Shown here piece by piece: positions 1 through 9,930 of a stretch of DNA of 64,000 nucleotides; positions within the stretch are counted from its first letter, which is position 1; every line of letters begins with the position of its first letter. Both the position numbers and the translations under genes were made by a program. The notes under the pieces were generated by a model. The model searched no databases, was not told where the DNA came from, and saw only the letters and a list, made by a program, of their open reading frames with translations. The DNA lies in contig JAZQCN010000036.1 of NCBI GenBank assembly GCA_045546315.1, positions 108,329 through 172,328 of the forward strand, in the 5' to 3' direction. Source of the DNA: Clostridia bacterium. GTDB taxonomy: Bacteria > Bacillota > Clostridia > UBA1381 > UMGS1253.

Positions 1-192
1 GAACTGTATAAAGCGCTCCGGCTCAACAATTCTCTCGATGACACCTGCTTTTACGATGTCTTCTCTCTTTTCTACAACCGGCTCAAAGGATTCTAATACC
101 TCATAAACCGCCTGTAAAAACTCCTTCTCGCCTGCGTTTCTTGCCTCAACCTTGGCATAAACCTCTGCGAGATACGCATTTTTGATTGCCAT
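1..192 (-). CDS. gdhA: NADP-specific glutamate dehydrogenase, N-terminal fragment (gene continues beyond window start)
   Basis: Manual reverse-strand translation MAIKNAYLAEVYAKVEARNAGEKEFLQAVYEVLESFEPVVEKREDIVKAGVIERIVEPERFIQF resembles the conserved GDH N-terminus (..ERIVEPER.IQF). ATG at 190-192; GGAGG complement at 202-206. Confidence 0.7.
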   Translation of the reverse strand, partial: MAIKNAYLAEVYAKVEARNAGEKEFLQAVYEVLESFEPVVEKREDIVKAGVIERIVEPERFIQF

Positions 193-434
193 ATATCATT
201 ACCTCCTCAGGATAGATTACACTACAAATAAAAGTATAGCAAAATGCAGTAGGAATTGCAAGCAAAAATTCTTTTCTTGCAAAATTTTGTGAATATAACC
301 AAAAAACAGTTTTGACATTTACTGTAATTTCAGCATTTTCTTCGTTTTGGCAAAAACCGATATGAAGCTTTTCCTCTGCCTTCCTTCTTTTCAAGCAGTA
401 AAGCGTGTGCCAAAGCACACGCTTTACTTAAGAA

Positions 435-872
435 TTATTCCTCTGTGGTTTCCACTTCGATAATGGTTTCTTCCTTCTCTGTTGTCGGCACATTCTTTGC
501 CGTGCAGGGCAGCGCCGTGCCGCACTTCGAGCAGAAAGCTGCCTCCTCAGCATTTTCTGTGCCGCAGGCCTCGCAAATCTTCATCTTGCGCACTACTGCA
601 TAGTCACCCTTGAGCTGCTCAAGCTCTGCATACATAGCGTCGATTTCGGCGCATTTCGTTTCAATAACCTCGGAATCGCCTTCATCTGCACGGTATGCCT
701 CATATACAGCTCTGCCGATTGCATTGTAGGCCTCCTTAATCTTGCCCTCGAGCGATACAATCGCCAGCTTCAGCTTTGTAATTTTTGCCACATCGCTGGA
801 CTTCTGTACAACAACCTCCTGTGTTCTCTTGGCGTGCTGCATAATTTTTTCCATAAATCCCTTGAATTCCAT
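435..872 (-). CDS. zinc-ribbon domain protein with N-terminal coiled-coil-like region
   Basis: 145-aa ORF with two CxxC pairs (CEACGTENAEEAAFCSKCG). AGGAGG-type RBS just upstream of the ATG. Confidence 0.55.
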   Translation of the reverse strand: MEFKGFMEKIMQHAKRTQEVVVQKSSDVAKITKLKLAIVSLEGKIKEAYNAIGRAVYEAYRADEGDSEVIETKCAEIDAMYAELEQLKGDYAVVRKMKICEACGTENAEEAAFCSKCGTALPCTAKNVPTTEKEETIIEVETTEE

Positions 873-914
873 ATGTATTCCCTCCTTAGTATAGTTTGCA
901 TTGGTTTATACTCT

Positions 915-1799
915 TCAGGCACGCGGGTGGTATTTTTGATACACATCCTTGAGCCTGTTTTTCATCAGCTGTGCATAAATCTGCGTCGAGGAAAGGTCGC
1001 TGTGCCCGAGCATTTCCTGAATCGAGCGCAAATCCGCGCCATTTTCCAAAAGATGCGCCGCAAACGAATGGCGAAGCGTGTGCGGTGTCAGCTCGCAGGC
1101 AATCTCCGCCTTTTCCTTATAGCTGCGGATGATTTTCCAAAACCCCTGACGCGTCATCGGCTTACCGTTCATATTCACAAACAGCACCGGCTCGTCACTT
1201 TGGCGCACCATCAGCGCCCGTGCCTGCTCCAGATATACCGAAACGGCTGCCGTTGCCAGTCGACCGAGCGGCACAATGCGCTCCTTTTTCTTGCCGCAAC
1301 GCACAAAGCCGAGCTGCGTATTGACATCCTCGGTTTTCAATTCAATTAACTCGCTGACGCGAATCCCCGTTGCATACAAAAGCTCCAGCATCGCCTTATC
1401 GCGATAGCCCTTTAAGTCCACGCACTTCGGTGCGTCCAAAAGGCGCTCCACCTCCTGCGCAGTTAAAATCTGCGGCAGCTTACGCGCAACGCGCGGCGTT
1501 TCCACCTCTAAGGTTGCATCCGTATCCGTATAACCCATACGCGTTGCAAAGCGGTAAAATGAGCGAAGCGATGCCAGCGTTCTCGAAACAGTCGATGCAG
1601 CCTTGCCCTGCTTTTGCAGACTGAGCAAATAAGAAAGCACCACCGTTTTATTGGCGCGCTGTAAATCCGGAATTTTTGACTGCTGCAGATATGCAATAAA
1701 CAAGTCAATATCTCTTCGGTAAGACGAAAGCGTGTTCTCTGCCAAATGCCGCTCCCGGATTAAATATTCTATGTAATTGTCGCGGTATTGTGTAAGCAT
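915..1799 (-). CDS. xerD: site-specific tyrosine recombinase, XerD/XerC family
   Basis: 294 aa. C-terminal catalytic region HTLRHSFAAHLLENGADLRSIQEMLGHSDLSSTQIY (R..HxxR..H..Y pattern). N-terminal core-binding region MLTQYRDNYIEYLIRERHLAENTLSSYRRDI. Confidence 0.85.
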   Translation of the reverse strand: MLTQYRDNYIEYLIRERHLAENTLSSYRRDIDLFIAYLQQSKIPDLQRANKTVVLSYLLSLQKQGKAASTVSRTLASLRSFYRFATRMGYTDTDATLEVETPRVARKLPQILTAQEVERLLDAPKCVDLKGYRDKAMLELLYATGIRVSELIELKTEDVNTQLGFVRCGKKKERIVPLGRLATAAVSVYLEQARALMVRQSDEPVLFVNMNGKPMTRQGFWKIIRSYKEKAEIACELTPHTLRHSFAAHLLENGADLRSIQEMLGHSDLSSTQIYAQLMKNRLKDVYQKYHPRA

Positions 1800-1917
1800 A
1801 GCTTTCTCCGATATTATGTACCCTTTAGTTTACATTTTCTATTTTACAGGATTTTTTTGAAAATGTACATAGTTTTTTTGGAAACAATCTATAAATTTTT
1901 TGTAAACAAAGGAAAAG

Positions 1918-2523
1918 TCAGGCAAGAATTGCTAAAATCAGCCGCCAACCGACATACCCTTCATAAATTGCGGCAAGCGCAAAAACACACAGCACAAGCA
2001 GGCAAAACACACAATAGGTAAAAAACAGCTGTCTGCGCTGACGGCGGTCAGCCGTCTCTGCCAACCGCCGGATTTGGCAAACGGCTCCGCTGCATTGCAG
2101 CTGCAGTGCCGGTAAAACCAGAAGCATCTGCGGCAAAAGCCCTGCCGCTGCCGCACCGATACCGCGCGCGCCATACAAAACCGCCAGCGCCGACACCGCA
2201 AAGCCGCATAAAAAGCCTCGTATACCAACCAATAATGGCGCAAACACAAGTCCGATACAGCTCGTACCGCAAAGGCACATAAGCACCCACACCTGCAGCA
2301 AATTCAAAAAAGCACTTCGAAACACGCGCGTTGAATCCGCCGCAGTAAGCAGGCCCGACTGTCCTGCAAATACGCCGTAGAGTGCCTTTTCCGCCTCCTG
2401 CGGTACATTGGCAAGATAGAAGCTGCCGCCGATGACACCTGCGGTAAACACACAGAGCGTAAAAAGCAGCAGTTTATAATTACTCTGAACATAGTTTTCA
2501 AAAAAATTGCCGCTGATGCGCAT
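1918..2523 (-). CDS. spoIIM: stage II sporulation protein M-like integral membrane protein
   Basis: ORF 1918-2532. ATG at 2521-2523 is preferred because AAGGAG lies about 8 nt upstream. About 200 aa, polytopic membrane protein, N-terminus similar in pattern to SpoIIM. Sits next to xerD. Confidence 0.5.
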   Translation of the reverse strand: MRISGNFFENYVQSNYKLLLFTLCVFTAGVIGGSFYLANVPQEAEKALYGVFAGQSGLLTAADSTRVFRSAFLNLLQVWVLMCLCGTSCIGLVFAPLLVGIRGFLCGFAVSALAVLYGARGIGAAAAGLLPQMLLVLPALQLQCSGAVCQIRRLAETADRRQRRQLFFTYCVFCLLVLCVFALAAIYEGYVGWRLILAILA

Positions 2524-2573
2524 AGGACCCACTCCTTCTGTTTATCCTATGCCGTCCGCGGCAAATTTATTAT

Positions 2574-4844
2574 TTATTGTACATAGCTAAAGCATACACC
2601 GTTTAAGGTCAGCGTCAGCCGAATGCAGGCAAAGCGCTCCTGATCTGTAAAGAAGGTTTTTGTGTGTGCATTTTTCATCGCACCACACACGAGGTAGGTC
2701 ACACCCTTTTCCATTGCATAATCCGTTTCACTGCCCTCATAGACCAGATAAACAGCCTTACCCCGGTTTACGGCATCTGCCAAAAGTGCATCCAAAACAC
2801 CCTTCTCGTTTTCCTCCAAGCCATAAACCGTTTTCGGCATTATAATCACAATGCTTTTCTCCGTCGCATTCAGCACGGCAGAAATCAAAAGCGGCCACTG
2901 CGCAGCATCCGTGTTTTTGATGCCGCCCCTTGCGTTATTAACCGTAAGCAGCAGGTTGTTGTTGATGCTTTGCTTTGTAAAGCCGGTAATCGCTGTAATA
3001 TTTTCCGTTTCGCCTGTGTAGGCACCCAATCTGTACGCGTGCTTTTTCGAGGCAAGAAAGCCGTTTCTCTGCGCATTTAAAAGTCGATACAAAAGATTGT
3101 TGCTTTCATAGCCATTGCCGGAAATATACAACTCGTAGCCGTTGCCCTCGCCGTAGCTCGGGTGTGGCACACCAACATCCACCGGCTTGTTATATAAAAT
3201 TTCTCCGTCGGTTGCAATTGCGGCATACGCCCGCATCCCATCAAGCTCGGCACACAAAAAGGCACTGCCGGCAGCCTTTGCCGTCACCTTGCCGTTTTGC
3301 ACGATAAAAGCATCGCTGTCCACACTCCATTTCACCTTCGATGCCGGAACGCTGACGCTGTTGCCGTATTCGTCCGTACCGCGCAGCGTGAAGGTATAGC
3401 TGCTCCCCACTGAAATTCTGCGACTTTGCGAGGACAGATAAATGTCCGTCAGTTCCTCAACGCTTTCAAAATGCACGGTCTGCTTGGCATTGCCACAGGT
3501 GACCGTTACCGTATATGTTCCACCCTCCAGGGGCACGATTTGCGTGCCCGTAATCTTTGAAGCGCGGTCGGTTTTAATGCTTACCTTGGACGACGAAACA
3601 TCTATGTTATTGCCGTACTTATTATATACGGCATATTCTATGTTCACCGGCTCGCCCGGGTACACCTCAGACTTCGAGGTACGCACGGCGATGCCGCTCG
3701 CGGTCGTATTTTTCGGTGCCGCTTCAAAAATCCCGATTGCCGTCGATACCGAGCGCATAGAGCCCGTTAAGGTGTTTTGCACGGCAAGCTTGCCGCTGAA
3801 GCGATCGCGCGCAACCATCGTTGTCGAGCCGCCGCCATCCAAATTAATTGCCGTATCACAGCCAAGCTCAATTAAAACGCGTGCAAGCTCCGTTTGCGTC
3901 ATCCCCTCGCATTCTGCAAGTCTGCCGTCGACGGTCACCAACATCAGCGTTGTGCCGTTTTTGTCAATGCCGATGGCCGTGCGCTGTGCATAGCCCGAAA
4001 TGTTGTGCGTAAAGGTCGATATTTTTCCGTTCTGCACCAAAAGTGTTCCGCCGCCGGTTGCCTCGCGGATTTGATCAATCTCCGGCGCAAGCTCTGTTTC
4101 CAGCTCCACTGCATCCCCGACCTGGAAAGCCTCCTGCAAAAAGCCGTTGATTGCACCGTTGGTTACCAAAACATAGCCGTTTTCCGGAATTGGCGCCGGT
4201 TCCATACCAATGCGAATATCTGTCACGATGCCGTCCTCCACGACGAGCTCCGTCATCGGAATTTGCTTTAAAATCCCCGTTGTTTTTTCGCCCCACGCAG
4301 GCGTCAGCATCGTGATGCCGCCCGTTGTTACCGGCACCTTATTTATAGCAAACAGCGGGCAGTTATACCCTGCCGGTGCCGTGACCTTGCCCGAAAAGCT
4401 GAAATAATCCATCAGCACGGAGCCGTTCTCTAAAAAAGCGAGATTCGCCAGACCTGCATCTGCTGAGGGAGAAGAATGCAGCTCACCCTTTTGCACAACC
4501 ATACCGAGCATATTTGTCGGCGGTGCGGTCATATTAAAAAAATCGCCGTTGACCGCGGCAATCGCGCCGGCACGCTCTGCCATGGAAAGCGTCGTTTCTC
4601 TTTGACTCACGCCGCCGTCCGCTGTCAAAACGCGCAGCGACAGGTTGTCGTTTGTCAAATCCACATATAAAACGCGGATTCTGTCCCAAGTATTCTGATA
4701 AAACCGGTCGATGCGCCGAAGCGTTACGCCCTGCGCAATCTGCGCCTCCGTGTCCGTTTCCCAAAGCGGCGCTGCCAAGGCATACGATGCAGTAATAAAC
4801 AGCATCATACACAGAAGCCACGCGGTCAGGAATGCTTTTTTCAT
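2574..4844 (-). CDS. secreted phosphodiester glycosidase (NAGPA/DUF2233) family protein with Ig-like repeats
   Basis: 756 aa. Signal peptide MKKAFLTAWLLCMMLFITASYALA. AINLDGGGSTTMV motif typical of the NAGPA domain. Two Big_2-like segments and an extra C-terminal domain. AGGAGG RBS. Confidence 0.6.
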   Translation of the reverse strand: MKKAFLTAWLLCMMLFITASYALAAPLWETDTEAQIAQGVTLRRIDRFYQNTWDRIRVLYVDLTNDNLSLRVLTADGGVSQRETTLSMAERAGAIAAVNGDFFNMTAPPTNMLGMVVQKGELHSSPSADAGLANLAFLENGSVLMDYFSFSGKVTAPAGYNCPLFAINKVPVTTGGITMLTPAWGEKTTGILKQIPMTELVVEDGIVTDIRIGMEPAPIPENGYVLVTNGAINGFLQEAFQVGDAVELETELAPEIDQIREATGGGTLLVQNGKISTFTHNISGYAQRTAIGIDKNGTTLMLVTVDGRLAECEGMTQTELARVLIELGCDTAINLDGGGSTTMVARDRFSGKLAVQNTLTGSMRSVSTAIGIFEAAPKNTTASGIAVRTSKSEVYPGEPVNIEYAVYNKYGNNIDVSSSKVSIKTDRASKITGTQIVPLEGGTYTVTVTCGNAKQTVHFESVEELTDIYLSSQSRRISVGSSYTFTLRGTDEYGNSVSVPASKVKWSVDSDAFIVQNGKVTAKAAGSAFLCAELDGMRAYAAIATDGEILYNKPVDVGVPHPSYGEGNGYELYISGNGYESNNLLYRLLNAQRNGFLASKKHAYRLGAYTGETENITAITGFTKQSINNNLLLTVNNARGGIKNTDAAQWPLLISAVLNATEKSIVIIMPKTVYGLEENEKGVLDALLADAVNRGKAVYLVYEGSETDYAMEKGVTYLVCGAMKNAHTKTFFTDQERFACIRLTLTLNGVCFSYVQ

Positions 4845-4945
4845 ACTGCATCCTCCTTTATTTTCTTCTTTTACCTTCAGTATAATTTTAGTATAGAAAC
4901 CCGCTTTTGTAAATAGGCGGTTTTTGACAATTTTACAAAAAATTC

Positions 4946-4974
4946 TTTACAAAGGGATTTTCGTATGGTAAACT
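4946..4974 (+). promoter_or_regulatory. sigma-A-type promoter candidate for the permease leader
   Basis: TTTACA (4946-4951), 17-nt spacer, TGgTAAACT extended -10 (4966-4974). An alternative TTGACA lies at 4925-4930. Confidence 0.4.
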
Positions 4975-5049
4975 AATATCAAGTCAATACGGTAGCTTTT
5001 CTTCGGTGCAAGGACATCGGCAAGATAACATCGTGGTACAGGTAATTTA

Positions 5050-5084
5050 CCTTGTCTGTTTTTTGCACAGACAAGGCTTTTTTT
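5050..5084 (+). terminator. intrinsic terminator inside the 5' leader of the nucleobase permease gene (attenuator candidate)
   Basis: CCTTGTCTG (5050-5058) pairs with CAGACAAGG (5068-5076), followed by a run of 7 T. It lies about 60 nt upstream of the ATG at 5143, downstream of the promoter candidate. Confidence 0.65.
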
Positions 5085-5142
5085 ATGCCCGAAAAGTGCC
5101 GTAAGTGTACGGTAAAAATTTTATAAGGGGGTTTTTCTCGAA

Positions 5143-6567
5143 ATGGCTAAAGAGAAAAAGGTAATTTCCGGCCCGATTTACGATGCGCGTGAATTGGGCA
5201 CCGCCAAGACATTGGTTCTCGGCTTCCAGCATATGTTCGCTATGTTCGGCGCAACTGTATTGGTACCGCTTTTAACCGGTCTTGACATCGCAACAACACT
5301 TTTGATGGCAGGCTTGGGCACGCTGTTGTTCCACCTGGTAACCAAAGGCAAGGTTCCGGCGTTCTTAGGCTCGTCGTTCGCTTTCCTCGGCGGTTACGGC
5401 GCTATCGCACCGCTTGCAGGTAACGGCACACTCACAAACGCACAGCTTCTGCCGTATGCATGCTTGGGCGTAGCTTGCGCAGGTCTTTTGTACCTGGTAT
5501 TGGCTGCACTCATCAAGCTCGTTGGCGTTAAGAAGGTTATGCGCTTCTTCCCGCCGGTTGTAACCGGTCCGATTATTATTTCCATCGGTCTCGGCTTAGC
5601 AGGCAGCGCAGTGGGTAACTGCTCCGCAAACTGGCTTTTAGCATTCATCGCACTCGCTCTCGTTGTTGTTTTCAACATCTGGGGCAAGGGTATGGCAAAA
5701 ATCATCCCGATTCTCATCGGCGTTCTCGGCTCCAGTGCAATTGCAGCAATTCTGGCACTCTGCTGGGGCGCACCTACGGCTGACGGCGCATACATCGCGC
5801 TTGGCGGCAACGAAGGCTTAAAGCTCTTCAGTGTTTCCGCACTCGAAAACTTAAAGACAGCTGCATGGATTGGCTTCCCGATTAAGTGGAACGGCACTGT
5901 ATTCGGCGGCATCGATTGGACAAACACTTCGCTCGTAATCAGCTCCGTTGTTGCAATTATGCCGATCGCACTGGCAACTATGATGGAGCACATCGGCGAT
6001 ATCTGCGCTATCAGCTCGACTGTTGGCAAAAACTTCATCACCGACCCGGGTCTGCACAGAACACTTTTAGGTGACGGTATTGCAACCACACTGGCATCCC
6101 TCTTCGGTGGTCCGGCAAACACAACCTACGGCGAAAATACAGGCGTGCTTGCACTTTCGAAGGTATATGATCCGAAGGTAATCCGCATTGCTGCCATCAT
6201 CGCAGTAATCCTTTCCTTCTCCCCGAAGTTTGCAGCACTCGTTAACCTGATTCCGACAGCCATCATCGGCGGCGTTTCCTTCATCCTCTACGGTATGATT
6301 TCCGCAATCGGTGTTCGTAATGTTGTAGAAAACCAGGTTGACTTCACAAAGAGCCGTAACCTGATCGTTGCAGCGGTAATTCTCGTTTCCGCACTCGGTT
6401 TAGGTTCCATCTCCTTCCCGATCGGTGGCTTGACCATCACACTGTCTGCACTCGCTTGCGCATCCATCGCAGGTATCGTATTAAACGCTATCCTGCCGGG
6501 CAAGGACTATGAGTTCAAGGCAGAGGATCCGAAGGAAGCTGACACAGGCGTTAACTTCAAAGTTTGA
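5143..6567 (+). CDS. NCS2 family nucleobase:cation symporter (uracil/xanthine permease type)
   Basis: 474 aa, polytopic. N-terminus ..TLVLGFQHMFAMFGATVLVPLLTG.. is typical of uracil/xanthine permeases. GGGGG RBS. Confidence 0.8.
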   Translation: MAKEKKVISGPIYDARELGTAKTLVLGFQHMFAMFGATVLVPLLTGLDIATTLLMAGLGTLLFHLVTKGKVPAFLGSSFAFLGGYGAIAPLAGNGTLTNAQLLPYACLGVACAGLLYLVLAALIKLVGVKKVMRFFPPVVTGPIIISIGLGLAGSAVGNCSANWLLAFIALALVVVFNIWGKGMAKIIPILIGVLGSSAIAAILALCWGAPTADGAYIALGGNEGLKLFSVSALENLKTAAWIGFPIKWNGTVFGGIDWTNTSLVISSVVAIMPIALATMMEHIGDICAISSTVGKNFITDPGLHRTLLGDGIATTLASLFGGPANTTYGENTGVLALSKVYDPKVIRIAAIIAVILSFSPKFAALVNLIPTAIIGGVSFILYGMISAIGVRNVVENQVDFTKSRNLIVAAVILVSALGLGSISFPIGGLTITLSALACASIAGIVLNAILPGKDYEFKAEDPKEADTGVNFKV

Positions 6568-6574
6568 TTATAAA

Positions 6575-6620
6575 CAGGCAATAAAAAAGAGAGTCTTCGG
6601 ACTCTCTTTTTTATTGCCTG
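6575..6620. terminator. bidirectional intrinsic terminator (21-bp perfect stem)
   Basis: CAGGCAATAAAAAAGAGAGTC ttcg GACTCTCTTTTTTATTGCCTG. The A-run and T-run lie inside the stem arms. Confidence 0.75.
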
Positions 6621-6724
6621 TTTATTGACTGTGATTTCGGAATATGCTATAATTAACATAAGTATGAATTTCGAAAAATATGAACACAAAAAACACAAAA
6701 CATCTATCTTCGGAGACTGTAGCT

Positions 6725-8281
6725 ATGCAGAAAAAAAAGACACTCTTCAACTCCATCAGCTCTGTAATGGTCATTATGATTCTCGCACGACTGATGAGCC
6801 TGTTTTCCACACAATTTTATATGGCGCATTTCGGCGCTTCCGATGTGTATATGAATATATATTCCTATGTCATCAGCATCCCGAATATTATATTCACTTG
6901 CATTGGTACAGCACTCTCCACCGTTGTCATCCCGATTTTTATGGGGCATATGGCCAACGGTGAGGAAGCAGCTGCTAAGCGCTTTGCAAATAACATCATC
7001 ACCATTTCTATGGCGCTGACCGCCGTTTTGGTGCTCATCGGCATTGCAATATCGCCACTTCTGCCGCGCTTCACGGAGTTTTCCAAAACGCCGGAAACCT
7101 ATTCGTATGCAACCAAAGCGCTGATGATTATGATGCCGGTTATGTTCTTTTATGCGCTCAACTATATTTTTCAGGGCATGCTGCAGGCAATGGGCAGCTA
7201 CCGCCTGCCCGCTTTTGTCAGCGTACCGAGCAGCCTGGTCGTTATTTTATATGTTATCTTTTTCGCTGACAAATTCGGCATCACCGGTCTTTTAGTTGCA
7301 ACACTCATCGGACTTTCCCTGCAGGCACTCATTTTGATTCCGCCGCTGGTGCAAAAGGGTTATCGCTATCGCCCATCCTTCGAGCTGAAGCACCCGGACA
7401 TCGTAAACGCACTCAAGCTGACAGGGCCTGTGCTGTTCGGTGTATCGGCATACCAGCTCAATATGCTCTACAATGTAACGATGATTGCACGCTTTGAAGG
7501 CATGGTTACGCTTTTGACCTATGTGCAAAACATCGTTCTATATATGGTGCTTGCCATTATTTATTCTGTAACGGCTGTGCTCTACCCGCGTTTGACGGAG
7601 AGTGCATCCAAAAACGATATGGTGCAGTACAAAACGGATTTAAACCACATTCTCTGTTCGGTCAGCACGCTTTTGATTCCGATGACCTTCGGCTTCATTG
7701 CCGTGCGCGAGCCGCTTTTGCGCGTATTGGCGCAGTATGGCAATATCACCGCCGCAGACATTACAAAGGCGGCGCTCCTCTTGGCCGCCTACGCCATCAG
7801 CATTCTCGGCATCGGCTACAAGGAAATCCTGGACCGCGCATTTTATGCCCTGCAGGATACAAAAACCTCCGCTGTGGTTGGCTTCATCATTATGGGCGCA
7901 AATATCTGCTGCAGCTTAATTTTGATGCAATTCTTCGGCGCATACGGCATCCCGCTGGCGTATTCCGTTTCTTCTTTAATCGGCAGCTGCGTCCTGCTGT
8001 GGCGCCTGCGTAAAAAAATCGGCAGCTTCGCCGCCGGCCTGGGAACAACGCTTGTAAAAAGTCTCCTCGCCGCGCTGGTAATGTTCGTTGCCGTTTCCGC
8101 TTTATCGCATTTTACCGCCACGCTCAGCGCAGGCGGCGTGCTTCTGCGCATTCTGCATTTAGGCATTTTATGCCTCAGCGGTGTAGCGGTTTACTTTATT
8201 ATGGCACTGCTTCTGCGCATCTCGCATATTACGGACGCGGTGAAGAGTGTTTTAAACAAGCTTTGGAAGCGAGGTGCATAA
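6725..8281 (+). CDS. murJ: MurJ/MviN-like MOP-superfamily lipid-linked glycan flippase
   Basis: ORF 6680-8281. ATG 6725 is preferred (GGAG at 6711-6714). Polytopic protein of about 518 aa with a MurJ-like N-terminus (..FNSISSVMVIMILARLMSLFSTQFYMAHFGAS..). Confidence 0.65.
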   Translation: MQKKKTLFNSISSVMVIMILARLMSLFSTQFYMAHFGASDVYMNIYSYVISIPNIIFTCIGTALSTVVIPIFMGHMANGEEAAAKRFANNIITISMALTAVLVLIGIAISPLLPRFTEFSKTPETYSYATKALMIMMPVMFFYALNYIFQGMLQAMGSYRLPAFVSVPSSLVVILYVIFFADKFGITGLLVATLIGLSLQALILIPPLVQKGYRYRPSFELKHPDIVNALKLTGPVLFGVSAYQLNMLYNVTMIARFEGMVTLLTYVQNIVLYMVLAIIYSVTAVLYPRLTESASKNDMVQYKTDLNHILCSVSTLLIPMTFGFIAVREPLLRVLAQYGNITAADITKAALLLAAYAISILGIGYKEILDRAFYALQDTKTSAVVGFIIMGANICCSLILMQFFGAYGIPLAYSVSSLIGSCVLLWRLRKKIGSFAAGLGTTLVKSLLAALVMFVAVSALSHFTATLSAGGVLLRILHLGILCLSGVAVYFIMALLLRISHITDAVKSVLNKLWKRGA

Positions 8282-9388
8282 ATGAACACGAATTCAAGCG
8301 AAGCTCCGCTTTTGCGCGTGTTGTTTTTAATCAATCACGCCGGCAGAGGCGGCTCCGAAAAATATGTATATAAGTTGATTCAAGCCTACGAGGGCAAGCG
8401 CGCCCGGTGCTATTTTGTTTTCAACGAAGCAGGGCTTTTGTCCGAGCAAATTGCAGAATTGGGCATTCCAAGCCATCGGCTTGAAATGCGCAGCTCCTTC
8501 GATTTAAAGGCGGCCAAGCGCCTGGCACAGCTTTGCCGCGAAAACAAAATTGATGTGATTCACGCACAGCATCCGCGCGAAAACTACATTGCTGTATTGT
8601 CGAGGCTTTTCTACAGCAAGCCAAAGGTTGTCTACACCTGTCATCTGCACTGGGAGGTACCTGCATGGCACAGACCGATTAACCGACTGATTACAAGCGG
8701 AAATCACAAAATCATAGCCGTATGTAACAGCGTGGCAGAGCGCTTAGTGCAAAACGGTGCGATGCGCAAAAAAATCCGGGTGATTTTTAACGGCATTACT
8801 CCGCCGGCGGCAGATAAGCCCTCCACCCTGCGCGAAGAGCTCGGCTTAGACGAAGATACCTTTGTGATTACAACGCTGGCGCGCTATGACATTCTAAAGC
8901 GTTATGACCTGCTTACGGAGGCAGTTGCCAAGCTCAAAAAGCTGACCAATCAAAAATTTGCCGTACTCTATGTCGGCGACGGAGAGCTCTATGACGATAT
9001 CACACAGCACATCCGGACCCTCGGCCTGGAAAAAGACATTTTCCAGCTCGGCTTTCGCACGGATACGGACAATATCCTGCAAGGCAGCGATTTGTTCGTC
9101 AACTGCTCTTCCAGCGAAGCGCTCAGCTTCGCCATTTTAGAGGCGCTCAGTCACGGGCTGCCCGCAATTGCAACAAAAATCGGCGGCAACCCGGACATTC
9201 TCTCGCCGCAGCACGATTGCGGCATCTTAGTAGATTTCGGAAACACGGACGCAATGGCAGAGGCATTCTGCCGTTTCATGGAGGACACCGCTCTCTATGC
9301 GCGCTGCAGTAAAAACGCGCTGCGCACGGTAAATGAGGTCTTTCATTTCAATAAAATATCAGACGAGACCTTTGAAACCTATTTATGA
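8282..9388 (+). CDS. glycosyltransferase family 4 protein
   Basis: 368 aa. GT4 C-terminal signature SSSEALSFAILEALSHGLPAIATKIGGNPDIL. The start codon abuts the murJ-like stop. Confidence 0.75.
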   Translation: MNTNSSEAPLLRVLFLINHAGRGGSEKYVYKLIQAYEGKRARCYFVFNEAGLLSEQIAELGIPSHRLEMRSSFDLKAAKRLAQLCRENKIDVIHAQHPRENYIAVLSRLFYSKPKVVYTCHLHWEVPAWHRPINRLITSGNHKIIAVCNSVAERLVQNGAMRKKIRVIFNGITPPAADKPSTLREELGLDEDTFVITTLARYDILKRYDLLTEAVAKLKKLTNQKFAVLYVGDGELYDDITQHIRTLGLEKDIFQLGFRTDTDNILQGSDLFVNCSSSEALSFAILEALSHGLPAIATKIGGNPDILSPQHDCGILVDFGNTDAMAEAFCRFMEDTALYARCSKNALRTVNEVFHFNKISDETFETYL

Positions 9389-9424
9389 TTTCAAAGGCAA
9401 ACCAAAAGAAAAGAGGTTTTCATT

Positions 9425-9916
9425 ATGCCAGAAAAGAAAAAGTTTAAGTTTAACATCATCGATGCGATTGTTCTCGTGGTTTTAATTGCAGCAATTTGCT
9501 TTGTCGGCTACAAGCTGTTTTTCGACCGCATGGGCGAAGGCTTTAATCAAAATGAGCAAGAGCTCAGCTACACCATCGAATTCTTCTGTGAAGAGTCGCC
9601 GACCTTCGCTGCAGAGCTCGTACAAATCGGCGATGCGGTTTCCGACGAATATAAGGATATTCCGCTCGGCACCGTAACAAGCGTTGAACTTGCGCCGTCT
9701 GTTTCCTATGCAACAAATGCAGCAGGCGAATATGTTGCATCCACGAAAGAAGGCTACAGCTCCGTAAAAATCACAACAGATTTAACCTTTGAAGGCGCAC
9801 CGTACCAGCACGGCTTCCAGATAGATGTCTCCAAGTACGGTGTCGGTCACACGATGACCTTCCGTGCAGGCAAAGCAAAGCTCTACGGCCGTATTTCCGC
9901 GATTGAACAAAAATAA
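9425..9916 (+). CDS. DUF4330-like single-pass membrane protein
   Basis: 163 aa. N-terminal anchor FKFNIIDAIVLVVLIAAICFVGYKLF. Embedded in the glycan operon. Confidence 0.45.
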   Translation: MPEKKKFKFNIIDAIVLVVLIAAICFVGYKLFFDRMGEGFNQNEQELSYTIEFFCEESPTFAAELVQIGDAVSDEYKDIPLGTVTSVELAPSVSYATNAAGEYVASTKEGYSSVKITTDLTFEGAPYQHGFQIDVSKYGVGHTMTFRAGKAKLYGRISAIEQK

Positions 9917-9930
9917 GGAGGCGATTGACT

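Noticed and set aside
146-418. 90-aa ORF on the minus strand between gdhA and the zinc-ribbon gene
   Set aside because: It lies in the AT-rich promoter region upstream of gdhA. It has no RBS and an odd composition (Cys/Phe-rich, no recognisable motif). Most likely non-coding.
915-1799. xerD as the recombinase responsible for the 27.6-30.5 kb island
   Set aside because: It lies 26 kb away in a housekeeping xerD-spoIIM context, as in other Firmicutes. Nothing links it to the island, and the island itself encodes no recombinase.
4975-5142. Purine riboswitch or PyrR attenuator upstream of the nucleobase permease
   Set aside because: I could not find the conserved purine-riboswitch core, or the PyrR binding box (UCCAGAGAGG-like), by eye. 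It is kept only as an unclassified terminator-containing leader.
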